In this document: positions 1 to 12,135 of the stretch, one piece after another
Position numbering within the stretch: the first letter of the stretch is position 1
How the letters are laid out: every line of letters begins with the position of its first letter
Assembly: GCA_965649765.1 (NCBI GenBank)
Contig: OZ287749.1
Location: forward strand, 64,108,001 to 64,172,000
Origin: Bispira polyomma
Taxonomy: Eukaryota
Direction of reading: 5' to 3'
Length of the DNA stretch: 64,000 nt
The notes under the pieces: generated by a model
Databases searched by the model: none
Seen by the model: only the letters and a program-made list of their open reading frames with translations
What the model was told of the DNA's origin: nothing
Translations under genes and position numbers: made by a program

Positions 1-903
1 ACTCTTGATTGTCTAGAGAGTAATTCAGCCTTAGATATGGTTTGGGGGTGGTAGGTTGTTGTGAGTAGTATTGGGTGGTTAATACACACACCCAGCCAAC
101 AGCTTTGCATGTGGCAAATGAATAAATAAAGCCCCCAATGAAGGGTGTCGGGTGAAGAAGCCCAGGCTTTTTTCTCTCTGACAAAACTAATGAAGTACCC
201 CCAGCGTGGTGAGCTGAAAATTCTATTCACGTGAAATAACCTTTGTATATATATTATATTTTGTTTATGAAACGGAAAGATTACAATCTTATAACATGCA
301 TGGAAATGTGAGTACTAAATATTTTATGGATTCTTTTGTTTCAATATAACTGGTACAGAACCGTACTTTGGGCTATATAATACAAGACCTTTAGTGCAAC
401 ACAGTGTTTTGAATAACATTATACTGTTGCTATGATACACACAATAGGATTCTAGTAGTAAAATTACATGATAACATTATATTGTTTTATGGGAGTAAAG
501 GCCTTTTACACCGCCGACCACACAACATGAAACAAAAAATTAAAAATAACATAATATCTAAACGATTATATAGACTGCTTCCACAAACACTAAACTACAC
601 GACACCGCAATTGAACAAAGCAAAAGAAATCTCTAAAAACGTCACATTGTTATGTTACCCCATGTTATGTAATATGCAGCAAAATTATAGAACGATATTA
701 CAGGTAATCGTTATATAATGTAATCGTGTTATGGATTATGTAGTGCTGTGTCAAGTTTGATGGTAATAGTACTGTCGTGCCATCTTGTGACGTGTTGTGT
801 AGTCGATGGCGTACAAAAGGCTTTAAATGTTGTGGCTACACACACCACAGAAAAAAATAAATAACAAATTAAATCTACATAAATTCTGCAATGATTAGAC
901 TGA

Positions 904-996
904 GATGGAGAATCGCAATGGTTAGTTTGGTGACGCTTTGAGGTAAAGGCAGATGGAGAATAACAATAGTTGGTTTGGTCAGGCTTTGAGGTAAAT
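904..996 (+). repeat. Diverged 48-bp tandem duplication
   Basis: GATGGAGAAT..CAAT.GTT.GTTTGGT....CTTTGAGGTAAA starts at 904 and 952. Confidence 0.8.
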
Positions 997-2245
997 CCTT
1001 GATAACTACTTAACTAGTCCATCACACTTGACAACAGTACATTATCACACACTTGATGACCTTTGGAAATTACTACCTCTGTCTATTTCTGTTTTCATAT
1101 GTGATTTTTAAAACCATATTTGTCATCTATTTATCAGTGGGATGCCTTTGAGGTAAGACAATTATTATAGTTTAATGTATAACCCAACCACATCCTTTTA
1201 CTGGTGTGTTTCAAGAATATATTAATTATAGACTCTCTAAGTATACAATATATATCCTGATTTTAGCTAGCTTTTTGCAAACCTTATGGATGGCTTAAAT
1301 TTAAGTGTTTAAAAGAGACAAAAACTGATATGCAGTAATAATATACTGTCATTACAGTAGATCAAGAAAGGTCTGCTCTGTTATTTTTGTTAAATAAACA
1401 TTTTTTAAGCCACTATTTACACATATACTCTTCGATATGCCTACACTTAAGGGGTTCCACAACAGACACTTATATTAAGGATTTGTTTTTAGTTCCTCAG
1501 ACCCACACCAAGACACTTTTTACAGTAGTTTTCTGTAAAAAAAATCAAGCCTAAAGCTTCGGATAAATTTTTCACATCCTGACAAACAGCTAAGGAATTA
1601 ATCATTATTGTGTTGTGAATTATTAACCAAAAAATGAGCTAAATTATTGAAGGGCCTTTTATTGTGATAAGCCTAAAGAGATCTGTAAGCTGTGAAGAAG
1701 GAATGATGAATTAATCCTATTTCACCAATTCAACCACGACATAGCTGGGTTCATTCATGTAAGAACTATATATTGTTACTGGTAATTTAGGTGCCATAGT
1801 AAAACTTACTGGGGATGGATGTAGTGTGAAACTGGTTGTGGGGATATGGGTGGAGGGGTTAGCACCCCGTTCCTCTACTCCAGTATGAGACCAGGAAATT
1901 CTATAGAAGTAGTCATTAGCTCTCATTGGGATTAGTATTAGGGTTGTATTTAAAGGGGACTAAAGACACACTGATTTGTACAGTGGATTGGGATTTACCC
2001 AGAATACTAGAATAATAGAAAAACACTAGTGGCATCGGGGGCACGAATGGGGTTACATGACCTGGTGTACTACTCATGGATTTAAGGGTTATTGGTTTAG
2101 ATTACAGTAACTAGACTCCATTGTAGACTGATTGTGTTGATGTTTCCAGGACTACTTGTGAACTTATAGTAGTAGTATTTGGAGAATTGTATGGGGGTGT
2201 ACTGTAAACATCACACACCTCTATAATGTGCATAAAGAGATGCTA

Positions 2246-2450
2246 TACTGTAGATATAAGTTAAAATGTCACTGATTTGAAATACTAAGTTAATTCATCG
2301 TAATTAATTTTTAGTGTTGGCATTTTTTTTTCCATTTTTCTTTATATCAATATACGAGTTGAAATTTTTTACGAGGAATTAATTTTCACTATTAAGTCTC
2401 TAAAAAAGCCCACATAAATTTCTAGTGAAAATGTTCACTTGTATACAGTA
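2246..2450. mobile_element. Degenerate TA-flanked MITE (TACTGTA...TACAGTA ends)
   Basis: Terminal TACTGTA / TACAGTA with internal AATTTTCAC/GTGAAAAT sub-repeats, a common non-autonomous DNA transposon form in invertebrates. Confidence 0.45.
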
Positions 2451-3769
2451 TCTTTAAAGATGCACAATTATGATCAAATCTTGCCTTTAGAATGACAGTA
2501 TCACTGAAGGACTGGTATTTTCTGTACAAGATTTACAGCATTTTTGGACATAATTTCAGAATATACAACACCAATTATGGATCATAGAATAGTTATACAT
2601 GCTAAATTCCTAAAATGTGTATCTGATCTCAAGAAAGTTAGATAATAAATATATGAGAAAATGACTTTAACCCTTTCAACCCCTTAGTTTTTGCCCAGCA
2701 GTCGACAGTATTTGTTATGCCCAGAACCCTATGTCTGTCGGCAAGCAGTGGACACCCCCAAAATAATAGTTGATATTTAGTCAGTATAGCAGAATTCCTT
2801 GTACACATATTTGTATTTGGGGCCGTTATTGAATGCCGGAAGTAGTCTGAGGTGTGTGTCGTTGTGACTCTGTCTATCTGTAACCTATTAAACCCCCCCC
2901 CCCCCCCCCCCGCCAAAAAAAAAAAATCCTTCACTTCCCAGTGATAGTTTTCTCCTTGGGTCGAAATAGCATGTGAAAAATAAAGCGACGAAAGACAAAC
3001 AACTATTACTTAAGTATCACTTAAGTGGGATGAATGGTTTCCACGACAAGAGCCATTCTTTTAAAAAAAAAACTGAGGGTTTCTTCAACAGATCAAGTTG
3101 ATGGTTTTGATTTGTATGTTCTACATTTTTTATATTTCTTTCTACAGAACACACGTGTATGTAATCAATAAAAAAAGACAGAGAAACACAAGAAGTGGTA
3201 GTGGCATTGATTGAAATATTGTAATAATAAGATGGGCCCTGGTAGTTAATACTGATTGATATGACATCAGAAAACCACATCATGGAAAGTCCCTTTAGAG
3301 TGTAAAAGCAATTTTGGACAGATGATGGCAGTCTTCAGCTGTTTATTGGGTTAAAGTAGCAAAGTTTGGCTGATAGAAATTGAATAAACCATTACCAATA
3401 ATTTTACTTTCTGTTTCTTAGATAAATATATGGAGATTATCTTTTTTTCCAGTAAGAGAGGATGGATATTTTCATTAGGCATTAACACAGATTTTTCAGA
3501 GTAAATGGTGGACTGAAGTCTTCATCAACAGTTTACAGTCAATCATGTATGAGAGACCACCTATGAAAGTAGGCCACCCAGCAATAAAATCCACACCTTT
3601 CAGCCTGGATTTTGTTAATATATTAGATATCCATTAAGACAACACTTGTTCATAAAGATCACCTATATGTCAATTGCAAGTGCAAGTCTTATGGTCAATG
3701 TAAATAAGTGTGTGCAGGTTTATAGTCTGATGTCACCTCTATTGAGGTCTCATCCAACTTTACAGTTTA

Positions 3770-4023
3770 CACCCCCAACCTGGGTTCTTGTCAACCGATT
3801 TTTACAGTCTCAGCTCCCTCAGGAAGCAAACTAGCCGTGTTCCGACATACTGCACACAAAGATTAACACCAGGTATTCATTTATAAACTTGGTACAGAGG
3901 GACATCTTTGTGTAAAACACCTTGTCCAAGGGTACAATCTCCAGGCCCGCAGCAAGGATCGAATATGTACTCCCAAGATCCCTCACATCCAGTGTCTGAC
4001 ACTCTAACTATTAGGCCACAGAG
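3770..4023 (-). mobile_element. SINE family B, 3'-truncated
   Basis: The reverse complement matches family B (CTCTGTGGCCTAATAGTTAGAGTGTCAGAC...CCCTTGGACAAGGTG...GCTTCCTGAGGGAGCTGAGACTG). Confidence 0.8.
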
Positions 4024-5110
4024 TGTACTTTATTTGACTATGCATTTACTATTCTACATTTAAATATAGTGACAACATTTGCAAATTCAACATCTCTGTC
4101 TCGAATTAGCACAAAAGTATCCTCCTATATGCCTGCCTCCCACTTCAGCATGGATCTCGATGGCTATTGGGAAAATTTAGAAAAAAAACCCCTTAAATTT
4201 ACGTACTGAACATGACACAGCAGGGGCAATGTTATACTTTTACCCATACGTAATGTTATCTGACAGACCACGATTTGAAACCGAAACCAAATTGGATTGG
4301 CAATGAACGCACATTTTCACAGTGGCAGATACATGCTGGGTAAGCGGAGATAATCGCAAAGCCAACATGAAAGTGGGAGGTGCCCTTAACATAAATTTTC
4401 TGACTTTAATTTATAGTCATGTCTTATTAACACAGTCAACTGTATTACTATAATAATAATAAGTCGTGTTAAAATTCATTTTTTTACTTATCCTCTTATA
4501 GTGGTATCGTGTGGTCTCGTGGTTAGGTCCCTGGTCTGACTCCCGGTAATGACATAGTGATCATAACATCCTTGGACAAGATGTGAACACGCTATCACCC
4601 ACTGATGAAGACCAATGCTATGGTATACATATGACTATCCCATTGCCCCATAAATTATTGTCAGTGATTTAGTGAAAATAGATTTAGATTGTTTCACCTT
4701 ATAATCGGCTCTTACAGAGATTTGGCACCAGAAAATTTCATTTGATTTCATTTAGTTTACATTAACAAGTACAAAACTAGCCTACTATGACACTATTGCA
4801 AAGGGAACTTCGAGTCTTTCAATTGGACAGGTAACTCTGACTTAATTATTGAATGTAGTTGAAAAGCATTTGCTCAGGTCTAATACAGGTTTAGTTTTCT
4901 TTCCCTAAGCATTTATACAATGTCATTTATTGTCCCACTAATGGCTTTATTGAGTCTACCAATTGTCGCCACTTCATTGTATTGTCTGCCGTTGTTAAAT
5001 TATTCAAGCATAAAGGAATGATGAAGAGCTACATGAGGGGCTAATAGTCAGCTAGAGTTAATGGTTATTAAAGTCACAATTATATGTGTTGGCAATTTAC
5101 AATTGTGGTC

Positions 5111-5240
5111 TGTCACTGTGACCTAATAGCTAGAACACTTGACCTGGGATTAAAAGGACCCGGGATTGATCCTTGCTGATAGGTCGGTAGTTCATACAAA
5201 GTTTTATCTATCCACACAACTGTATAAATAGGTATCTGAG
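5111..5240 (+). mobile_element. Degenerate SINE family B fragment
   Basis: Weak A/B boxes followed by ACAAAGTT...CTGTATAAATAGGTATCTG. Confidence 0.45.
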
Positions 5241-5853
5241 CAGGTATATTAACAAAATATTCTTATTCTTAACTTTCTGTGATGGCCAATTTAATTGGTT
5301 GAAAATATTATTGCAATTAATTCGACTTTCCAAGACTAAGAAAATTCTAAGATTTGTATTCTTAGAATGTTTGTAAAAATACGGCGTGAGGTAACTTTTG
5401 GGTAGATATTAGATATACATGTATATAGTCAAAACAGCTTACTTTTACAATGTGGTTTTTGACCTTGTAGCAAATTTTTATTCTGTCTGACTTGAAGATG
5501 ACAAATTGTGTATCAAAGACATCTATAAAATAAACAGATGGAAAAACAGTCATAATAAAAAAAGTATGCAATCATTCAAAACCATTAACACTAGATGTTA
5601 GTGATAACCCTGGTTTTATACACAGACATTGAACCATTCAGAGATTGATATATTGGATAAAATAGCCTTGCAAAGTATCAAAGACAGGTAAGTTTTGGTG
5701 TTCTTTTTTGCTTATATATGTTGGGTTTTTCTTTGTAGTTTTTATATTTCTGGAGGGTTTATACCTTAAGCTTTTGCAAGGATGGTACTTCAAATCATAC
5801 TTTGCATTATATCATCTAGATGTCGTCTACTAACCCTCTTTTAAGTGGTGGCC

Positions 5854-6327
5854 CTAGCCACTAAGGATCTGCCTTTACCTCAGAATCCCAGGCTGGGATC
5901 AAACTCAGGTCCTCCACAACTCACTAAGCCACCTAGCCACTAAGGATCTGCCTTTACCTCAGAATCCCAGGCTGGGATCAAACTTAGGTCCTCTACAACT
6001 CACTAAGCCACCTAACCACTAAGGATCTGCCTTTACCTCAAAATCCCAGGATGGGATTGAACTCAGATCCTCTACAACTCACTAAGCCACCTAGCCACTA
6101 AGGATCTGCCTTTACCTCAGAATCCCAGGCTTGGATTGAACTTGGGTCCTCTACAACTCACTAAGCCACCTAACCATTAAGGATCTGCCTTTACCTCAGA
6201 ATCCCAGAGTGGGATTGAACTTGGCTCCTCTACAACTCACTAAGCCACCTAACCACTACGGATCTGCCTTTACCTCAGAATCCAAGACTGGGATTAAACT
6301 TGGGTCATTTACAACTCATTAAGCCAT
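5854..6327 (-). repeat. Tandem array, 6 x 79 bp, derived from a tRNA-SINE head (Pol III A/B-box-like motifs)
   Basis: Units start at 5854, 5933, 6012, 6091, 6170, 6249 (exact 79-bp period). The minus strand reads ...TAGTGGYTAGGTGGCTTAGTGAG...GGACCTGAGTTTGATCCCAGCCTGG, similar to the SINE head at about 50532. Confidence 0.9.
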
Positions 6328-6434
6328 GTTATGTTGTCTTTCACACCCTGTCATACTAATGTTAAATGTATGTATTACTGCCCTAGTTTAGGTATAATAT
6401 CAACACCCACTCTCTCACATTAAGTTAAGCTATT

Positions 6435-6595
6435 TGAATTTGAATTTAATTTAAACATTTTTAAACATTTCAATTAAAACTTTTTTGGGTCATATAGTGA
6501 CTGCCATATTTATTGGTAAAGAAAACCAGTATTTTTTACACTGCAAAACATTGACCTACCATATTCCTAGGTACCAGGAAAACTTTCCCACGGAA
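6435..6595 (-). mobile_element. Degenerate 3' part of family A-related SINE
   Basis: The minus strand has GTGGGAAAGTT...GGTTTTCTTTACCAATAAA...ACTATATGACC and an AAATTCAAATTCAAA tail. Confidence 0.45.
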
Positions 6596-6787
6596 GCTAG
6601 TAATATTAAGGCAGACACTCATGTCACTAAAAGCCCCATACAGACGACATACTGTGAACAGTACACGTAACTGAACACAAATGAAGTTTTAAGTGAAAAG
6701 CTTTGTTTATTGGAAGAAGTCTATACTGTTGGCCTTTCATTGTTACAGATATTACAGTGCTTCATTTTTTTCTGAACCACAAAGTTA

Positions 6788-7043
6788 GGAGCTGCGGTGG
6801 CCTAGTGGTTAGCAAGCATTGTGCTTCACAATCACTGGTCTCTCGCCTCTGGGTGTCAGTTTGACTCCCGTTGATGCCTATGTGGGAAAGGTGGTAGTTC
6901 CTTACTGTGGGTAACTGGTTTCAGTGCAGAACCTTGATCAACTGTATGCAGTGTTTCCTCCAGCATTTCCAACTACCCGTCCTAATATTACCTAAACAGG
7001 TACTAGAGTGGATGTTAAATATCCCAATTCAAATTCAAGATGC
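6788..7043 (+). mobile_element. tRNA-derived SINE family A (V-SINE/RUDI-like), full length
   Basis: A-box GTGGCCTAGTGG, B-box-like GTTTGACTCC, GTTTCCTCC core and (CAAATT)n tail. Perfect 12-bp TSD ACCACAAAGTTA at 6776-6787 and 7044-7055. Closely similar to the copies at 50962 and 58694. Confidence 0.9.
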
Positions 7044-8607
7044 ACCACAAAGTTAAATATATATGAATATAATAAACATTGCCTTTGAGCAAGAGTTCAA
7101 GATGAGCTTTAATATAATAATAATGCACACAATAAGCATCCTTAATCATTTAAAAATGAAGGTAATTTTGTTGATATAGAAAGCGTATAATATTAATCAT
7201 TTATATCAACAATTTACACTGATATTGGTCTTCATTAAAGCCTTAGTAAGGCTACTGAAAGATAAGGAGAGTGAGGGGAAGGTAAACATATATATACTGG
7301 CATGTCAACTATTTAGCAATGCATCATTCTCAAGGAAGATGGGAAAATTGTGGAAGTTCTACAAGAGCCCTTATCCATAATCCTAGATTAAGGACTGGAT
7401 GGGATGGTTAGAGTCACTTCTATACAGGAACAAACAAGTTGAAGTGAATGTGTGAAACTTCTTGTATATAGATATAGCCTTCCTGAGGCACAACAGCTAA
7501 GAGAATAATATATGGTGATAAAGATATTTAGATATTTCTTATAATATTGAATAACAGTTACACATTTATTTATTTTAGCTTAATGATGTTATATAGTGTG
7601 TTTTGTTATGGCATATCTTTGTATAAAAAATGTAGGCCATGTAAAATAAGAAAATATGCCACACTATAACCAAACTGAAAGAAAGCTTACACTTGTTGGT
7701 ATTCAACAGGCAACTTTAGTGGTTTAGCCCCTCCAGTAGGGAATAAGTAGCATTATTCCATTCTCAGGTACAACCAGAGACATTATATTAATAAATTCTA
7801 TTATGCTTGGACACAACCCAACATCAAATACATTACAACGATTATTGTCAAGTACAGATTTCACCACATTTGTTAATATATACTTCTGTAATGGCCAATC
7901 TGAGATGTTTGCCATTCACCTGTGTTTGCTTTAAAAGTAAGCTCTCACCCACTAACACATCTATAACATTATAAAACTATTTAGCAAACAACATTTTTGT
8001 TAAGCCCTCAAAAGGCTAGGAAACCACTAGCACCACCATTGTTATAAAGTTTGTCGTGGTGATCCCTAGCCTTGCAATTAAGGCTCATGTTTGTTAGAAA
8101 GTCTAATTTAATTTAAAACTAATTCAAAATATATATTTTATTCAATATAATGTGCCTAATCTTTGTTACTTAATAGATATGTAAATTAATGTTAATATAT
8201 CCAATTAAATGAATACAAAATTTGAATTAGCTCCAAAAGTAATTCTGACAAAACATGACCCTTTTAGCAAGGCTAGTTGATTATTATTACTGTAATTTTT
8301 CAAGCCCTTTGTTGTGTAACATTTGCCTTAGCTATCTAGCCTTAACCCACATCATAAAACCCATCTGTCTTTTGTATGTCATCTGTAGCTTAAACATACC
8401 TACATACTTATAGACAAAAACACAATGAGCATCTTACAGCATAATTCACTAGTTATGACTTTCTTCCCTCCTAGTACATAGACTAAGTTCAAGGAACCAT
8501 TACACTCACTGTAATATGGCTATCAGCTTGTAACTCCTCATAGCTATTACTGTAAAGACAGCAAACACTGCCACCTCTTTAAATACACATTCTTTGCATA
8601 TGAACAG

Positions 8608-8710
8608 GGGCCGTATTCACAAAGGGACTTAGCCAGGTCTTAGGCTTAAATCTAGCACAAAAGTATACGGATTTAAGCCTAAGACCTAAGTCCCTTTGTG
8701 AATACGGCCC
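8608..8710. mobile_element. Short palindromic MITE, PIF/Harbinger-type (3-bp CWG TSD)
   Basis: Perfect TIR GGGCCGTATTCACAAAGGGACTTAG / CTAAGTCCCTTTGTGAATACGGCCC, flanked by CAG (8605-8607 and 8711-8713). The element is almost entirely a hairpin. Confidence 0.9.
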
Positions 8711-10054
8711 CAGGAGTTCTCACAGAAAAGCTTTTTGTGAATTTGTGTTATTGCCAAACTTATTGGTGATTAAAATATTTTTATCTATACATGGTCTTCT
8801 TGTAACTAATATCAGTTTAAGTCGCCTTGTTACAAAACTAAAAAGGAATTCAGGGAGATTTAGTTATGAACAGAGTAGAAGCAAAATTTCTTTATTTTAC
8901 ATACAGGATCATTTGGGCTGATCAAAGAGAAAAGTTAATAGGAAATCCAATAGATATTTTATCAAATACAAAGAGATAATTGTTCCATGTGGACCAACTT
9001 CGAAATGATAGCTGCTTCAGTATCAAAAATCGTCTAAGTTGTGGCTTATAAATGTGATTTTGAGCCAGAACATTTAAGGGATAAGTGCTTTGCACAAATA
9101 TTTGAAGGGGTAAGGCAGTTTTTGGAGAGCAAGACATAAAAAAAAAAGATAAATATCTTGGGATTCCAAGGCAAAGTACTTTTTGAGTGCCCATATTTCT
9201 ATTTTTACCTAAGACTCAATGTTTTCTAGGAATATAAAAAGTCAATTTCCCTGAACACAGTTTCCATTAATGTATTCATAAAGATATGCTATGAATACAA
9301 AATAACAGACAAAAACGATATCGAACTTTTCCATTTTGGGACAATTTTAAATGTTATGGTTTCCTGAACACTAAGGATTATATCTTGCTAGCATATTGCT
9401 AATTGAATTCTGTCTCTAGAAAAGTAAGCTGATGATATTTAGTCTCAAGTGGGCATTGTCTAGACTGATACTTAGGCCACTTAATGTTTAAATTTCTCAT
9501 TTAATTTGGTTACTTTTACAGTGCATTAATTTCTTTACAGTGATGTGTGAAATCATTAATTTGGATTTTAACCATTTGCCAGTCCCAAAAATGCTATTGC
9601 TAGATATTAGCATATATTACACCTTATGGTGACTAATTATACCTCATACCTTGATCTGGTTTGCACATTATAAACTTTGGAAGATGTTTTATGATCTAGA
9701 AGACACTTAAGACATCTCTATTAGAATTAGGTAAGTAGATATATTCTTCTGATAATAAAATATAACATTTGTACACCTTATCAATAACCCTATTAATTAA
9801 ATATCTTCACCATAGATTGCTGTCTTAGTGATGGATGTATCTTTGGCCCATAAACTATTCTCTATGAGATATGCAGTATACATAATATAGGTATGTGAAT
9901 CAGATGAACTCGTTGGTATCACAAGGTTACCTTTGTGTTGAAAGTAAAGACTAGCAGTAGAGTGGTATATTTGGTAACAAATGTATCTATAATAACCTAC
10001 AATACAATACCTGCCAGTTGTAAACAAGCAATATATATCCTTGTAGTACACAGG

Positions 10055-10290
10055 GCCTATGTGACCTAGTGGTTATATGGGTCTGTTTTAATATCACTGA
10101 CCTATCACCTTTGACGACAGTGGGTTTGACTCCCATTGCTTGCATCATGTGGGAAAGGTTGTCAGGTACTTATGATAGATATGTGGGTGGTTTCCTGTAC
10201 AAACAGTATTGGTTTCCTCCACCAATTATCTCTGGCCATCACAATTTGACCAAAGATGTTCAACATGATGTACCCAAAGAATATGCCTTT
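10055..10290 (+). mobile_element. Older relative of SINE family A
   Basis: GTGACCTAGTGGTTA head, GGTTTGACTCCC, ATGTGGGAAAGGTTGTCAG, GGTTTCCTCCACCA core. Confidence 0.7.
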
Positions 10291-11984
10291 AATATTTAAT
10301 AGAAGGTTGAAACAACATATTTTTGTTTAAAGCGTAGTTTGATGTCTAAATAAAAAATAACCTTTAATGTCTGACTCTATATCTTATATTATTAAATAAA
10401 TTTCATAAAATACCACAAATCTAACCCCAAATGAGGTAACTCTTAAATTTCTGATGCATAGGAGACAGATAATCACTTGAAATGCCAAAGCAGGCAGGGA
10501 AATCAGTGCAAATATCTCACTATTCAGAGAAATACACTGGAATAATTCATATATCATTGCCAAAGCTTTGTCATATCTAATTAAATTTTCATAACAAAAC
10601 TCATACATGACATTTTATCCACCTGACTTATGATTCCTATTATATCAAAGCAGTTGCTTTAAACTACGCATGTAGTTCAAGTAAATACAAACATAATTTC
10701 CTTAGATATTTAGTACAGAGTGTAATAAAACAAGTGTGTCAAAATCAAACAGGCGAAAAGATTATATATAGAATGTGCAATGAATGGTACTCGTGTCTTA
10801 AACATGATACTCAAATATGTTGAATAATTTATATCAACTAGTTCGTCCTTTCCTGACCCTGAAAATGGGATATATATGAACAACGTCTGTCCAAGCTCTG
10901 TATAATGTGCACTGTGTGTACTAGTTGTTCAACCGTCAATGTGCAGACTTTATAATATATTACAATTTGACATATAAGTATTTGTCACATAGCAAAATTA
11001 ATACTATCAGGTTTCTCAATTTGTTAAATTGATTCTAGATACAATTACAAGGGCACTTAGTGGAGCACATACCTCATCCTAGCCATCACAGACCCAAAAA
11101 GTGGGAAAAAATACCACGACTTGCTTCACAACTAGAAAAATAATGACTTTCTCCTGATCATGCTTTATTTATCTACTAAATTTCACACACATACATATAT
11201 ATGCATCGGTGGTATATATATATCAACAGTTTTTGTGTAATTCTAGTGATAAACGAACCGACATGACAATGCGAAGACATAGTCTCCTTGACAGAAGCTA
11301 TTGTCCATGACTTTGCTACACTTGATTTTGCCACACGTTAATTAGTTTGTCTTTATAGTGAGTGAGTTGGTCTTTACTTCATACAGATTTGACCTTCCTT
11401 GTTTTCTTCACTCACACTATGTCAATTGTACAAGTAAAGCAAATTGTGGGATTTATTTTATAATGTTCTATATCTAGCAAATAGTTGTGAGTTTTGTCTT
11501 TAAAAACCAGCATAGGTTCAAAAGGTTCACTTAAAAGCTGAACTGTTTGGAAATGTATCTGTCAAAACATGTTCTCGTAGATATATATTCCCATAAAGTT
11601 TAGCAGTGTATTTTTTGATGACGTAGAACTATTTGCAGATACTGCCCTAACCCTAGCTGTGGTGGGAGGCGCAAGGTTGTATTGTTATGTGGTGTACAGA
11701 ATGCCCTCATTGTGTATATGTGTCACTAAATGACATATACACACAGGGTGAGAGAAATAACCCAACAATAAAACTGATTATTGCTGTACGACTGATCGTT
11801 AGGTACAGTAATAGCTAATCTGGCCCAGGCGGAAGTTGGTTCCAGTTAACATAAACCAATTGGCATTGAAATTGGGTTAACTATTCTCCTGTGGTTGCTT
11901 GGTTAGGGAGTTGGTCTAAAAATGAGCATAAAATGAGTATAAAATGAGGTAGTCTGATGGAAGTACCTGGTTCAACTCTTGAAT

Positions 11985-12135
11985 TGATTTGATTTGGGTT
12001 TAACGTCGCTTTCAAAACATTGTATAGGTCATATACCAATGGGCAGTTTCAGTGCTGGAGGAAACCAGTGTATATACTAGTTGGTCAATATTCTACACTG
12101 TAAACCAGCGACCATCGTCAAGTAAGTGCCAACAA
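11985..12135 (-). mobile_element. 3' part of family A-related SINE
   Basis: The minus strand has GGTTTCCTCCAGCA...GCGACGTTAAACCC and an (AAATC)n tail. Confidence 0.65.

Noticed and set aside
1717-1926. RISWSHTGVEE resembling the LINE RNase H WVPSH.G motif
   Set aside because: A single weak motif without supporting neighbours.
2665-3000. piggyBac-like end (TTAACCCTTT) followed by CpG-richer sequence
   Set aside because: No matching right terminus (AAAGGGTTAA) was found. It may be a relic but is unsupported.
5626-5693. Short exon ending at perfect CAG|GTAAGT (similar donor at 9731)
   Set aside because: The acceptor is weak and no peptide is recognisable. A few such donors are expected by chance in 64 kb.
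5854-6327. CRISPR-like array
   Set aside because: There are no unique spacers (whole units repeat), the context is eukaryotic, and no cas genes are present.
6788-6870. tRNA genes at SINE 5' ends (also 37385, 46385, 50962, 58694)
   Set aside because: A/B boxes are present, but there is no full cloverleaf and each continues into a shared SINE body and tail.
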